A DNA stretch of 64,000 nucleotides, taken from Spirochaetia bacterium (GTDB lineage: Bacteria > Spirochaetota > Spirochaetia > SZUA-6 > Bin103). Below are positions 1 to 9,257 of the stretch, piece by piece (the stretch's first letter is position 1; every line of letters begins with the position of its first letter). The position numbers and the translations under genes are program-made. Below the pieces are notes generated by a model. The model was given only the letters and a program-made list of their open reading frames with translations, had not been told where the DNA came from and did no database searches. The stretch covers positions 576,001-640,000 of the forward strand of contig CBDAOI010000003.1 of assembly GCA_965198005.1 (NCBI GenBank). Direction: 5' to 3'.

Positions 1-419
1 TCTCGAGCGGAGTCCCCAACATCGGCGGCACGTCGAGATCCAGGCGCGCGTCGTGGTCCAGCAGCACCGCCGCCATGGCGGGATTGCCGCGGCATGCCGC
101 CCAGTGCAACGGCGTGGCCCCCATCCAGCCGGCGGCGTTGACGTCGAAGCCCGCTCGGCCATGACGCGCACGCCGTCAGCGTTGTTCATCTGCGCCACGG
201 GGCTCATCAGCGCGCGGTCGAGGCGATGCAGCCGCGCCACCGCGGGTGGCCGCTGCGCCAGCATGGCGCCCGCGCGCTCCCCGTCGCCGCGCGCGCAGGC
301 CACGACCAGTTCGTCAGCCACGCGCCGCGCCGAGGGGCGGGCTCCGCGCCGTTCCAGCAGCTCCGCCACCGCGCTCTGCCCGAGCCGCACGGCGAGGTCG
401 TGCGCGGTGCGGGCGCGCA
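1..419 (-). pseudogene. Partial copy of the ankyrin-repeat gene (runs off the left window edge)
   Basis: Near-identical to 38220-38638. One C is missing near 154 (CCGCTCGG vs CCGCCTCGG). Homology ends abruptly at GGGCGCGCA. Confidence 0.85.
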
Positions 420-650
420 TCTCGTTGGTCGTTGGTCTGGCGGCGACCACGCTGAACGTGCTGGTCGCTACCCTGATCGGCGGCACGTCCGGATTCCTCG
501 GGGGTAAGCTGGACCTGGCGGTGCAGCGCTTCGTCGATGCCCGGATGGCGTTCCCGGGACTGCTCCTGTTGCTCACGATCATGTCGGTCGCGGGGCAGGG
601 TCTGCCACAGATCATCGTGGTCCTGGGGGTCGCCGACGGTGTGGGCGGCT
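411..650 (+). pseudogene. Internal fragment of a DppC/OppC-type peptide ABC permease
   Basis: Reads ARISLVVGLAATTLNVLVATLIGGTSGFLGGKLDLAVQRFVDARMAFPGLLLLL, the typical DppC TM1-TM2 region. Has no start or stop of its own. Confidence 0.8.
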
Positions 651-651
651 C

Positions 652-1008
652 TACGCCGAGGCGGACGAAATCCTCAGAGAGGCGAGCGAGATCGATCAAG
701 ACTGGCTGGAGGCTCTGGACCGACTCGAACAAGCTCTTCGGTCAGATAACGGAAAGCCGAAAGAAAGAGCCGGGAAGGAAGTTGTGGACTCGTTGATCGG
801 AGCGGCCGCGGCGGGTCATGGCGCCCGAGTCAAGCGGATTATGCGGGAGGCAGGATTGGTTGAATCGATGGAACCTCTCTGGCATGCCGTTCGGGCAGAG
901 TTGGGTGAAGACCTCGAAGCGCTGCCCGCGGAGGTGATGGATGCCGTCCTGCTCCTGCGCCGGAGAATCGCCCATGACTCGACGGCGGCCGGCTCTTCCC
1001 AGGGATAA
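652..1008 (+). pseudogene. C-terminal fragment of an unknown helical protein
   Basis: The frame of ORF 784-1008 stays open back to ~652 (YAEADEILREASEIDQDWLEALDRLEQ...EPLWHAVRAELGEDL) and is truncated by the dppC fragment. Confidence 0.4.
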
Positions 1009-1120
1009 CCAACGTGGATGGCATGCTCATCGGTCTGAGGCGGGCCCTCAATCGACCTCAGTCTCAATCAGCCGGAAGCGCACGTGGTAGGATCGCAGGC
1101 CAGGAGACGCGACGACAGCA

Positions 1121-4100
1121 ATGACCAGTAGCAACTCACTGAGGTCGAGTTCGGGCGGTGCGACGGACGGCAGCGCACCTGCGCTGGACGTCTTTGCGCT
1201 CCGCGACAGCGTCGTCGACGAGTACAAGCGCTTCGCAACATCGTTCACGACGATCCACGCTCCGGACATCCGCGAGCAGGTTGCGGCCATCTACGCCGAG
1301 GATCGCTACTGGCCCGAGCCGCTCATCCAAGTCAACCCGAGCTACAAACGTTCGACGGACGTCGGCACCTTGGTTGCGAACGGCGTCGTACACCCTGGCT
1401 GCGCCGACATCTTCCGTGCGAACGGTCAGCCGCTGTCCCTCTACAAGCACCAGGAGCAGGCCATCGCGCTCGCCGCAGAGGGAGAGAGCTTCGTGGTGAC
1501 GACCGGCACGGGGTCTGGGAAGTCGCTCTGCTTCTTCATCCCCATCGTCAGCCATGTGCTGGCGGCACGGCGGACGACCGCGCAGCGGCGCACGCAGGCG
1601 ATTGTCGTCTACCCGATGAACGCGCTCGCGAACTCCCAGATGGAGGAGCTGAGCAAGTTCATCGATCAGGTGCCTGGAGACCGGCCGGTCACGTTCGCCC
1701 GCTACACGGGGCAGGAGGACATGGACGAGCGGAGGCGCGTTGCAGACCAGCCCCCGGATATCCTTCTCACCAACTTCATGATGCTCGAGCTCCTCATGAC
1801 GCGGCAGGAGGAACTCGACCGGCGGGTCATCGGCAACTGCGCGGGCCTTCGCTTCCTGGTCCTGGACGAGCTCCACACGTACCGCGGCCGCCAGGGTGCA
1901 GACGTGGCGCTGCTGGTGCGCCGTGTCCGTGAGCGCCTGCAGCCTGACAAGCTCTTGTGCATCGGCACCTCGGCCACCATGGCGAGCGAAGGATCGCTGG
2001 AGGACAGGAGCCGGGTGGTCGCAGGTGTGGCCTCGAAGCTGTTCGGGGTCCCCATCGCCGACAGCAACATCATCTCCGAGACGCTTGAGCGCGTCACCGA
2101 TTCGTCTGCCACCGCCGATTCGGTAAGGCCCGACCTTGGCATGGCCATCGATGCCGGCATACCGCCGGACATCTCCGACGCGGCACTTCGGGAGCACCCG
2201 CTCGCGGTTTGGGTGGAGACGCGGCTTGGTATCTCGTTCTCCGAGGTCGATCAGCGCTGGGTCCGGGCAAAACCCATGACGGTGACCGACGCGGTGGACA
2301 GGCTGTCGGCGGAAGCCGGTCGACCTGAGGCTGCCTGCGCCAAGGCGCTGCGAGAGCTTCTTCTCGTGTCGAGCGTCCCCGAGCGGCTACGGACCTCGAA
2401 CCCTGGGGCAAGCGAGAGCAACTTCTACTCGTTCAAGCTCCACCAGTTCATCTCGGGTGCCGGCCACGCCTACATGACGATCGAGCCGCCCGGCACACGC
2501 GAGGTGACGGTGGAGGGTCAGCAGTTTCTCCCCGGCCACGCCGACAAGCGCCTTTACGCCGTACACTTCTGCCGCGAATGTGGGCACGAATATCACCCGG
2601 TACGGCTCGTGCATCAGGAGGGGGAGGCGTTCTGCCTCGCGCGTGATATCGACGACGCGCCACTGACCAAGCAGGACAAGCCCGACGCAGAGCCGCAAGA
2701 GGCGCAGCCCGAGGGCGAGATCTTCGGTTTCCTGACGCCGCATCCGCCCAACGATCCCGACTTCAGATTCCAAGACTGCGACGAGGACTACCCGGAGACT
2801 TGGCTCGAGTTCGACGCCAGCGGCCGCCCGCGGCTCAAGAAGTACTACCGCGAAGCACGAGCGCGGCGCTTTCTGGTCGCGCCCGACGGTCAGGTCGGTT
2901 CGGGAACGACGGTATGGTTCTTGCCCGGCAAGTTCCGAGTCTGTCTCCGTTGCGGGCACACCCAGGGCGGGGCGGCGCGCGATCGCACACGTCTCGCCTC
3001 GCTGTCAGCGGAGGGCCGAAGCTCGGCAACCACCGTACTCGTGGCCAGCGCGCTGCGGTGGATGCACGGCGGCGAGTCGGGGCTGGACCTCTACACGCGC
3101 AAGCTGCTCGGCTTCACCGACAACCGTCAGGACGCCGCGCTGCAGGCCGGCCACTTCAACGATTTTCTCTTCGTGAGCCTCGTCCGCGCCGGTTTTCTCG
3201 GGGCGCTGCACGAAGCCGGCTCGAAAGGGCTCCGGAGCGACGAGTTGGGCGTCGCCGTGCAGCGCACGCTTGGCTTCGACCGATCGGCGGCGCAGATCCG
3301 CGCCGAGTGGTTACTGGAGCCCTCGCTGCGCGGCTTCAACTTGCAGGAGGCCGAGCGCACGCTCCGGCAGGTGCTCGCCTACCGCGTGTGGTTCGATCAA
3401 CGACGCGGCTGGCGCTACACGAACCCCAACCTCGAGCAGCTCGAGATGGTCCAGGTGGAGTACCTCGGCCTCGACGAGCTCGCCGCGGACGACGAGCTGT
3501 TTGCCGACTCGCACCCCTTGCTGCAGCAGGCCGGCCGCGCTGTCCGGAAAGAGGTCTATCGTAAGCTGCTCCACCACCTGCGGCAGTGGATGGCGATCCG
3601 CAGCCAAGTGCTCGACGTGGCGGTCTTGGAGCAGTTGGTGGCGAAGTCGCACAGCCGCATCCGGGCGCCCTGGGGACTCGGCAATGACGAGCAGCCGAGA
3701 GGTGCGCGCTGGCTGATGATCGTCGCGCCCACGCGCCGGGCAAGCACCCTCCGCGACATGGATCTGATCGTGCGCGGCGGCTCACGAAGTGGTCTTGGGC
3801 GCACGCTGCGCTCGACGAGGCTCTGGGGCGGCGACCCGTCCATCCGCGATCTGAAGTCGAAGGAGCTCGACCAACTCATCGAGGACCTCCTCCGTGCGGG
3901 TGTGACGCACGGTCTGGTGTCGGAGGAGAGCACCCCATTCGACCAGCCCGGGTGGCGCCTCAACGACGCGTGCGTCGTGTTCCAATTGGGCGACGCGCCG
4001 GCGGCCGGCAGCGACTCCAAGCAGAACGCGTTCTTCCGCGACCTCTACGGGAACCTCGCGACGATGCTCCGCGCGCCGATGCATCCGCTGTTCGGGTTCG

Positions 4101-6472
4101 AGGCGCGCGAGCACACCGCCCAGGTCGATCCCGACAACCGGGAGCTCCGGGAGAAGCGCTTCCGCTTCGGTGAACGAGAGCGCGAGGAGCTGGGGACGAA
4201 CGAGCAGCTACTCCGCGAGGTCGGCGAAACCAATCGGTTCCTGCCGGTCCTCTTCTGTTCCCCTACGATGGAGCTCGGCGTCGACATCGCGGCGCTCAAC
4301 GCCGTCCACATGCGCAACGTGCCGCCGACGCCGGCGAACTACGCCCAACGCGGCGGCCGCGCGGGCCGCAATGGACAGGCTGCCCTGGTTATCACGTACG
4401 CGTCTTCGCAGAGCCCGCACGACCAGCACTTCTTCCACGATCCCAAGGAGATGGTGCACGGCGAGGTACGTGCACCGGTGCTCGAACTCGCGAACCGGGA
4501 CCTGATCGACAGCCATCTGCAGGCGCTCTGGCTCTCGTGCGTCGACCAATCGCTCGACCCCTGCATCGCGGAACTGCTCGACCTCAATGACCGCAACCGT
4601 CCCCTCAAACCGGACATCAAGGCCGCGCTGGCGGAGAGGCGCGTCGCTGATAACGCTGGCAAACGAATTCGGCGCGTTCTGGACCTGGTCGCAGACGATC
4701 TCACGCCCGCGATCGCACCCTGGTACACCGGCCGGGACGCTTATTCGGACGCCATCGTGGCGTCGGCCGCGCAGCGCTTCGACGAGGCGTTTCATCGCTG
4801 GCGCCACCTCTTTGCCGCCGCCGAGGAGCAGCGCGATGCTGCGCGCAGGACCATGGACGACTACTCGTCCCCCTACCAGGAGAAGCGGGCGGCGCAGAGC
4901 CGGCACGCGCAGGCGGTGGACCAGCTCAACCTGCTGCAGCGTGGGACGAGCGCGCTGTCGAGCGACTTCTACACCTACCGGTACCTCGCCACCGAGGGCT
5001 TCCTGCCTGGGTACAACTTCCCCCGGCTGCCTCTGCTGGCTTACATCCCGGCGAGTCGAGATGGTCGTGGACGGCAGACCTACCTGCAGCGTCCGCGCTT
5101 TCTCGCGCTGGCCGAGTTCGGCCCTCGCAGCCTCGTGTACCACGAGGGGCGCGCCCACCGGGTCGTGCGAGCGCTCTTGTCGCTCGGTCATCGGGATGCC
5201 GCGACGCCTGACGCGCAACTGACCACGAAGGCCGTGCGCATCTGCGCGGACTGCGGGGCAGGGCACTTCGGCGATGATCTGTCGATGTGCCACTCCTGCG
5301 GAACGTCGCTCGGCAACGCCGAGGTCGTAGGAAATACCTATAGGATCGAAAACGTTGCCACGCAGCCGGCCGAGCAGATCACCGCGAACGACGAAGAGCG
5401 CCAGCGCCAGGGGTTCGACCTGCAGACGACGTTCGAGTGGGCGATCCGCGACCAGGAGATCGACGTGCAGCGCGCGTTGGCCCGCGACGAGGAGGGCGTG
5501 ATCGTGAGCATGGCGTACGGCGCCGGGGCGACCATCACGCGCCTCAACAAGGGTCTGCGCCGGAGAGCCAACAAGAAGGTCCTCGGCTTCCGTATCGATC
5601 CGGTGTCCGGGTACTGGGCCAAGAACGAGGACGACGCGGACGAGAGCGCACTCGATCCCACCGCCTCGCCTCGGCAGTGGATCGTCCCCAGCGTTCAGGA
5701 CCGCAGAAACGCGCTCCTCTTTCAGCCCGCCGGCGACACTCTTTCGGAAATCACCATGGCCACCGTGCAGCATGCGATCCTGCGCGGCATCGAGGCGGTG
5801 TTCCAACTCGAGGAAGGCGAGATGCTCGCCGAACCGATGCCGACGCGTGACGTGCGCAACGGCTTCCTGCTCTACGAGGCCACCGAAGGCGGAGCCGGCG
5901 TGCTCACGCGGCTCGTGAGCCAGGAGAACAGCCTATCCACCGTCGCACGAACGGCGCTGCAGATCATGCACCTCGCTGTCGGCGAGGATCCTTTGCCAGA
6001 GTCCACGGCAGGCCTTGCAGACCAGGGGACGGCCTGCGTGGCGGCCTGCTATCGGTGCCTGATGTCGTACTACAACCAGCCCGATCACGAGAATCTCGAC
6101 CGCCGCGACGAGGACGCTCGGGAGATACTGCTGCGCTTGGCGCGCGCCGACACGGTAGTAGGCACGGTCAAGGGGATACGGATACAGGCATTCCAATCTT
6201 CCAACGGCGAAGACTCACGCGACGGTCGGTGGCTCGCCGAAGCGGCGCGGCGTGGGATTCCGGCGCCGGATCCGAAGCCGCTCGTGGCAGGCGACCGGTC
6301 CGTGCGCTGCGTGTGGCGCCGGCACTACGTTGCTGCTGTCATCGACAAGACCGACCGTCCAGCCCTGCAGGCGATGGAGGACCTCGGCTTCGAGGTGATT
6401 CAGTTCGACGATCCTGCCGGCTGGAACGCTACCTTCGCGCGGCTGGCTGCCGCCCTCGGGCAAGCGCCGTGA
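1121..6472 (+). CDS. Large DEAD/DEAH YprA-like helicase with C-terminal DUF1998 Zn-binding domain (DISARM DrmA/DrmB-related)
   Basis: 1783 aa. Q-motif LYKHQ, Walker A GTGSGKS, YPMNAL, DELH, SAT, MELGVDI, QRGGRAGR. C-terminal C..ACYRCL.SYYNQ..H..LDR. Confidence 0.9.
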   Translation: MTSSNSLRSSSGGATDGSAPALDVFALRDSVVDEYKRFATSFTTIHAPDIREQVAAIYAEDRYWPEPLIQVNPSYKRSTDVGTLVANGVVHPGCADIFRANGQPLSLYKHQEQAIALAAEGESFVVTTGTGSGKSLCFFIPIVSHVLAARRTTAQRRTQAIVVYPMNALANSQMEELSKFIDQVPGDRPVTFARYTGQEDMDERRRVADQPPDILLTNFMMLELLMTRQEELDRRVIGNCAGLRFLVLDELHTYRGRQGADVALLVRRVRERLQPDKLLCIGTSATMASEGSLEDRSRVVAGVASKLFGVPIADSNIISETLERVTDSSATADSVRPDLGMAIDAGIPPDISDAALREHPLAVWVETRLGISFSEVDQRWVRAKPMTVTDAVDRLSAEAGRPEAACAKALRELLLVSSVPERLRTSNPGASESNFYSFKLHQFISGAGHAYMTIEPPGTREVTVEGQQFLPGHADKRLYAVHFCRECGHEYHPVRLVHQEGEAFCLARDIDDAPLTKQDKPDAEPQEAQPEGEIFGFLTPHPPNDPDFRFQDCDEDYPETWLEFDASGRPRLKKYYREARARRFLVAPDGQVGSGTTVWFLPGKFRVCLRCGHTQGGAARDRTRLASLSAEGRSSATTVLVASALRWMHGGESGLDLYTRKLLGFTDNRQDAALQAGHFNDFLFVSLVRAGFLGALHEAGSKGLRSDELGVAVQRTLGFDRSAAQIRAEWLLEPSLRGFNLQEAERTLRQVLAYRVWFDQRRGWRYTNPNLEQLEMVQVEYLGLDELAADDELFADSHPLLQQAGRAVRKEVYRKLLHHLRQWMAIRSQVLDVAVLEQLVAKSHSRIRAPWGLGNDEQPRGARWLMIVAPTRRASTLRDMDLIVRGGSRSGLGRTLRSTRLWGGDPSIRDLKSKELDQLIEDLLRAGVTHGLVSEESTPFDQPGWRLNDACVVFQLGDAPAAGSDSKQNAFFRDLYGNLATMLRAPMHPLFGFEAREHTAQVDPDNRELREKRFRFGEREREELGTNEQLLREVGETNRFLPVLFCSPTMELGVDIAALNAVHMRNVPPTPANYAQRGGRAGRNGQAALVITYASSQSPHDQHFFHDPKEMVHGEVRAPVLELANRDLIDSHLQALWLSCVDQSLDPCIAELLDLNDRNRPLKPDIKAALAERRVADNAGKRIRRVLDLVADDLTPAIAPWYTGRDAYSDAIVASAAQRFDEAFHRWRHLFAAAEEQRDAARRTMDDYSSPYQEKRAAQSRHAQAVDQLNLLQRGTSALSSDFYTYRYLATEGFLPGYNFPRLPLLAYIPASRDGRGRQTYLQRPRFLALAEFGPRSLVYHEGRAHRVVRALLSLGHRDAATPDAQLTTKAVRICADCGAGHFGDDLSMCHSCGTSLGNAEVVGNTYRIENVATQPAEQITANDEERQRQGFDLQTTFEWAIRDQEIDVQRALARDEEGVIVSMAYGAGATITRLNKGLRRRANKKVLGFRIDPVSGYWAKNEDDADESALDPTASPRQWIVPSVQDRRNALLFQPAGDTLSEITMATVQHAILRGIEAVFQLEEGEMLAEPMPTRDVRNGFLLYEATEGGAGVLTRLVSQENSLSTVARTALQIMHLAVGEDPLPESTAGLADQGTACVAACYRCLMSYYNQPDHENLDRRDEDAREILLRLARADTVVGTVKGIRIQAFQSSNGEDSRDGRWLAEAARRGIPAPDPKPLVAGDRSVRCVWRRHYVAAVIDKTDRPALQAMEDLGFEVIQFDDPAGWNATFARLAAALGQAP

Positions 6473-9255
6473 GCGACCTCGTCTACACGCCCGGCAGCCT
6501 TGTCAGCGCGCGCGGGCGGGAGTGGGTGGTCCTCACCGGAAGCTCGGCGGAGACGTTGCGGGTCCGTCCGGTCACGGGGACGGATGCGGATCGGACGCTG
6601 ATCCACCTGCCGCTGGAGGTGGACCCGGTTCGCGAGGCCCGGTTCCCCTTGCCGAGCACGCAGCAGCTCGGCGGGCACGACTCGGCCCTGCTGCTTCGCG
6701 ACGCGTTGCTGTTATCGCTGCGACGGGGTGCCGGCCCGTTTCGGAGCTTCGGACAGATCTCGGTTGAGCCGCGCGCCTACCAGCTTGTGCCGCTGCTCAT
6801 GGCGCTCAAGCTCGATCCGGTACGCCTGCTCATCGCGGACGACGTCGGGGTCGGCAAGACGATCGAGGCTCTGCTCATCGCCCGCGAGCTGCTCGACCGC
6901 GGCGACATCGACCGTACCGTCGTGCTCTGTCCGCCGCACCTCGTGGACCAGTGGGTCACCGAGCTGGAGGTTCGCTTCCATATCCGCGCCGCGGCCGTCA
7001 CCGCCCGGAGCACGCGCCGCTTGGAGCGGGGCATACCGCCGGGCGTGAGCATCTTCTCGCAGTACCGGCACACGGTCGTCAGTCTCGACTACGTGAAGAC
7101 CCGCGAGAGGCGAGACCACTTCCTCCAGGCGTGTCCCGACTTCGTGATCGTTGACGAGGCCCACACCTGCGCCTCGGCCGGGCGGGGCCGGCATCAGCGG
7201 TACGAACTGCTCCAGGGTCTGGCCGGCACCGCACCGCGGCACCTCGTCCTGCTCACGGCGACTCCGCACAGCGGCGATGACGCCGCCTTCTACCGGCTGC
7301 TCGGCCTGCTCTCCCCGGACTTCGAGCGGCTGGTGGAGGTCACCGGCACGGCGCGCGAACGTCTTCGCGACCGACTTGCGAGGCACTTCGTCCAGAGACG
7401 GCGCCCCGACATCGCCGAGTGGCACGAGGGCGACATCTTCCCACGCCGCGAAACCAGGGAACTCACCTACCAGCTCACCGGAGCCTGGGAAGCCTTCTTC
7501 AACACCGTCCTCGATTACTGCGCCGAGGTCGTGGCGACAGGCGCCGGGGACGAGATGCGGCAGCGCCTCAACTTCTGGGGAACGCTGGCGCTCCTGCGCT
7601 GCACCGGGTCGAGCCCCGTTGCGGCCGTGCTGGCCCTGCGCACCCGTGCCGGCGAGGATCTCGGCGACGAGACCCGCGAGGATCTTCTCGATCGCATCTT
7701 CGACGGTGACGTCGACGCACTCGTCGCGGACGACGTCGAGCCCCCGGTCGGTGGCGACAGCCCCGCGCTGGCACGGCTGATAAGGCGGGCGGAGAGTCTC
7801 GCGGGCCAGAGCGGCGATCCCAAGCTCAGGACCGCCTCGGAACACGTCGCGGAGCTGGTCGAGGCGGGGTTCAACGTGGTGGTGTTCTGTCGTTTCATCG
7901 CGACCGCTCACTACGTGGCGCGTCACTTCCGCGAGAACCTGAAGGGAAGTGCCGTCGGCGTCGTGACCGGCGAGATGCCCCCGGAAGAGCGCCAGGCGCT
8001 AGTAGCGCGGATCGGCGCGACCGAAGGCGCCAGGGTCCTGGTCACCACCGACTGCCTGTCGGAGGGCGTCAACCTGCAGGATTGCTTCGACGCCGTCGTT
8101 CACTACGACCTATCGTGGAACCCCACGCGGCATGAGCAGCGCGAGGGCCGCGTGGATCGCTTCGGCCAGCCGAGCAAGACAGTACGCGCCACGCTCCTGT
8201 ACGGCGACAACAACCCGGTTGATGGCGAGGTGCTCCGGGTCATCCTGCGCAAGGCCGCTCGTATCCGCGAGGAACTCGGCGTCCCCGTACCCGTGCCGGA
8301 CGAGGGCCACTCGCTCACCCAGGCGCTGCTCAAGGCCGTGCTCCTGCGGCGGCGCGGCCGCTCGGCCGGCGCCGAGGGGCGGCAGCTCGAACTGTTCGAC
8401 AACCAATGGGAGGACACGAGGGCGAAGGCAAGAAGGAATCGGACCGTGTTCGCCCAGCGGCGCATCAAGCCCGAAGAGGTGCTGCCCGAATGGCACAAGA
8501 GTCTTTCCGCAATCGGCGGCCGTGACGACGTGCAGCGCTTTGCCAGTCGCGCGCTCGCCCGGCTCGGTTCCGGGCTCGAACCGCTCGGGCGCGGATTCAA
8601 GGTTGCAACGGCACCACTGCCGGAGGAGGTTCGCGAGCGTCTGGAGACGGAAGACATCGCGGGTACGGTCGCCATCGACTTCGCCTATCCCTCGGCGCCG
8701 GGATGCCGCCCGGTGCAGCGCAGCCATCCTCTCATCGCCGTGCTCGCCGAGACGCTGCTCGGGCGTACCCTCTCGGTCGACAACAACGGCGCCATGGCGA
8801 GCGACGCCTCGGTCCTCGGACGGGTCGGTTGCTGGATCTCGGAGGGAGTGCGCGCTCGCTCGACGGTCGTGCTCCTCCGGCTGCGCCACCAGCTCTTGTC
8901 GCGCACGCGGCGCCAGGAGACGACACTGATGGTTGAAGAGGCGACCGCGTTGGCCTGGGTCGCCGCCGGAACCGCAGGGCCGATCACCGGTCCCGAAGCC
9001 CTGTCACTGCTCGCGTACGCTCCGGCTGATGATCCACCGCGGCATGTTCGAGAACGCGAGGCCGCACGAGCTCTTGCCCTGCTCCAGGAGCGTGCGGCAG
9101 ATATCGAGGCGTTCGCGGATGTGCGCGCGTGCGCCTTGCTCGACGACCATCTGCGCGTGCGCGAAGCCAGCAGTGCGACTGGGCGCACTTCCGTGCAGGC
9201 GCTCCCGCGTCCCGACGTGATCGGCGCGTACGTGCTCCTGCCGCGGGTGGACTGA
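6469..9255 (+). CDS. SNF2-family helicase (DrmD-like)
   Basis: GTG start overlaps the upstream stop (GTGA). Motifs ADDVGVGKT, DEAH, TATPH, SEGVNLQ, WNPTRHEQREGRVDR. Confidence 0.9.
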   Translation: MSDLVYTPGSLVSARGREWVVLTGSSAETLRVRPVTGTDADRTLIHLPLEVDPVREARFPLPSTQQLGGHDSALLLRDALLLSLRRGAGPFRSFGQISVEPRAYQLVPLLMALKLDPVRLLIADDVGVGKTIEALLIARELLDRGDIDRTVVLCPPHLVDQWVTELEVRFHIRAAAVTARSTRRLERGIPPGVSIFSQYRHTVVSLDYVKTRERRDHFLQACPDFVIVDEAHTCASAGRGRHQRYELLQGLAGTAPRHLVLLTATPHSGDDAAFYRLLGLLSPDFERLVEVTGTARERLRDRLARHFVQRRRPDIAEWHEGDIFPRRETRELTYQLTGAWEAFFNTVLDYCAEVVATGAGDEMRQRLNFWGTLALLRCTGSSPVAAVLALRTRAGEDLGDETREDLLDRIFDGDVDALVADDVEPPVGGDSPALARLIRRAESLAGQSGDPKLRTASEHVAELVEAGFNVVVFCRFIATAHYVARHFRENLKGSAVGVVTGEMPPEERQALVARIGATEGARVLVTTDCLSEGVNLQDCFDAVVHYDLSWNPTRHEQREGRVDRFGQPSKTVRATLLYGDNNPVDGEVLRVILRKAARIREELGVPVPVPDEGHSLTQALLKAVLLRRRGRSAGAEGRQLELFDNQWEDTRAKARRNRTVFAQRRIKPEEVLPEWHKSLSAIGGRDDVQRFASRALARLGSGLEPLGRGFKVATAPLPEEVRERLETEDIAGTVAIDFAYPSAPGCRPVQRSHPLIAVLAETLLGRTLSVDNNGAMASDASVLGRVGCWISEGVRARSTVVLLRLRHQLLSRTRRQETTLMVEEATALAWVAAGTAGPITGPEALSLLAYAPADDPPRHVREREAARALALLQERAADIEAFADVRACALLDDHLRVREASSATGRTSVQALPRPDVIGAYVLLPRVD

Positions 9256-9257
9256 CC

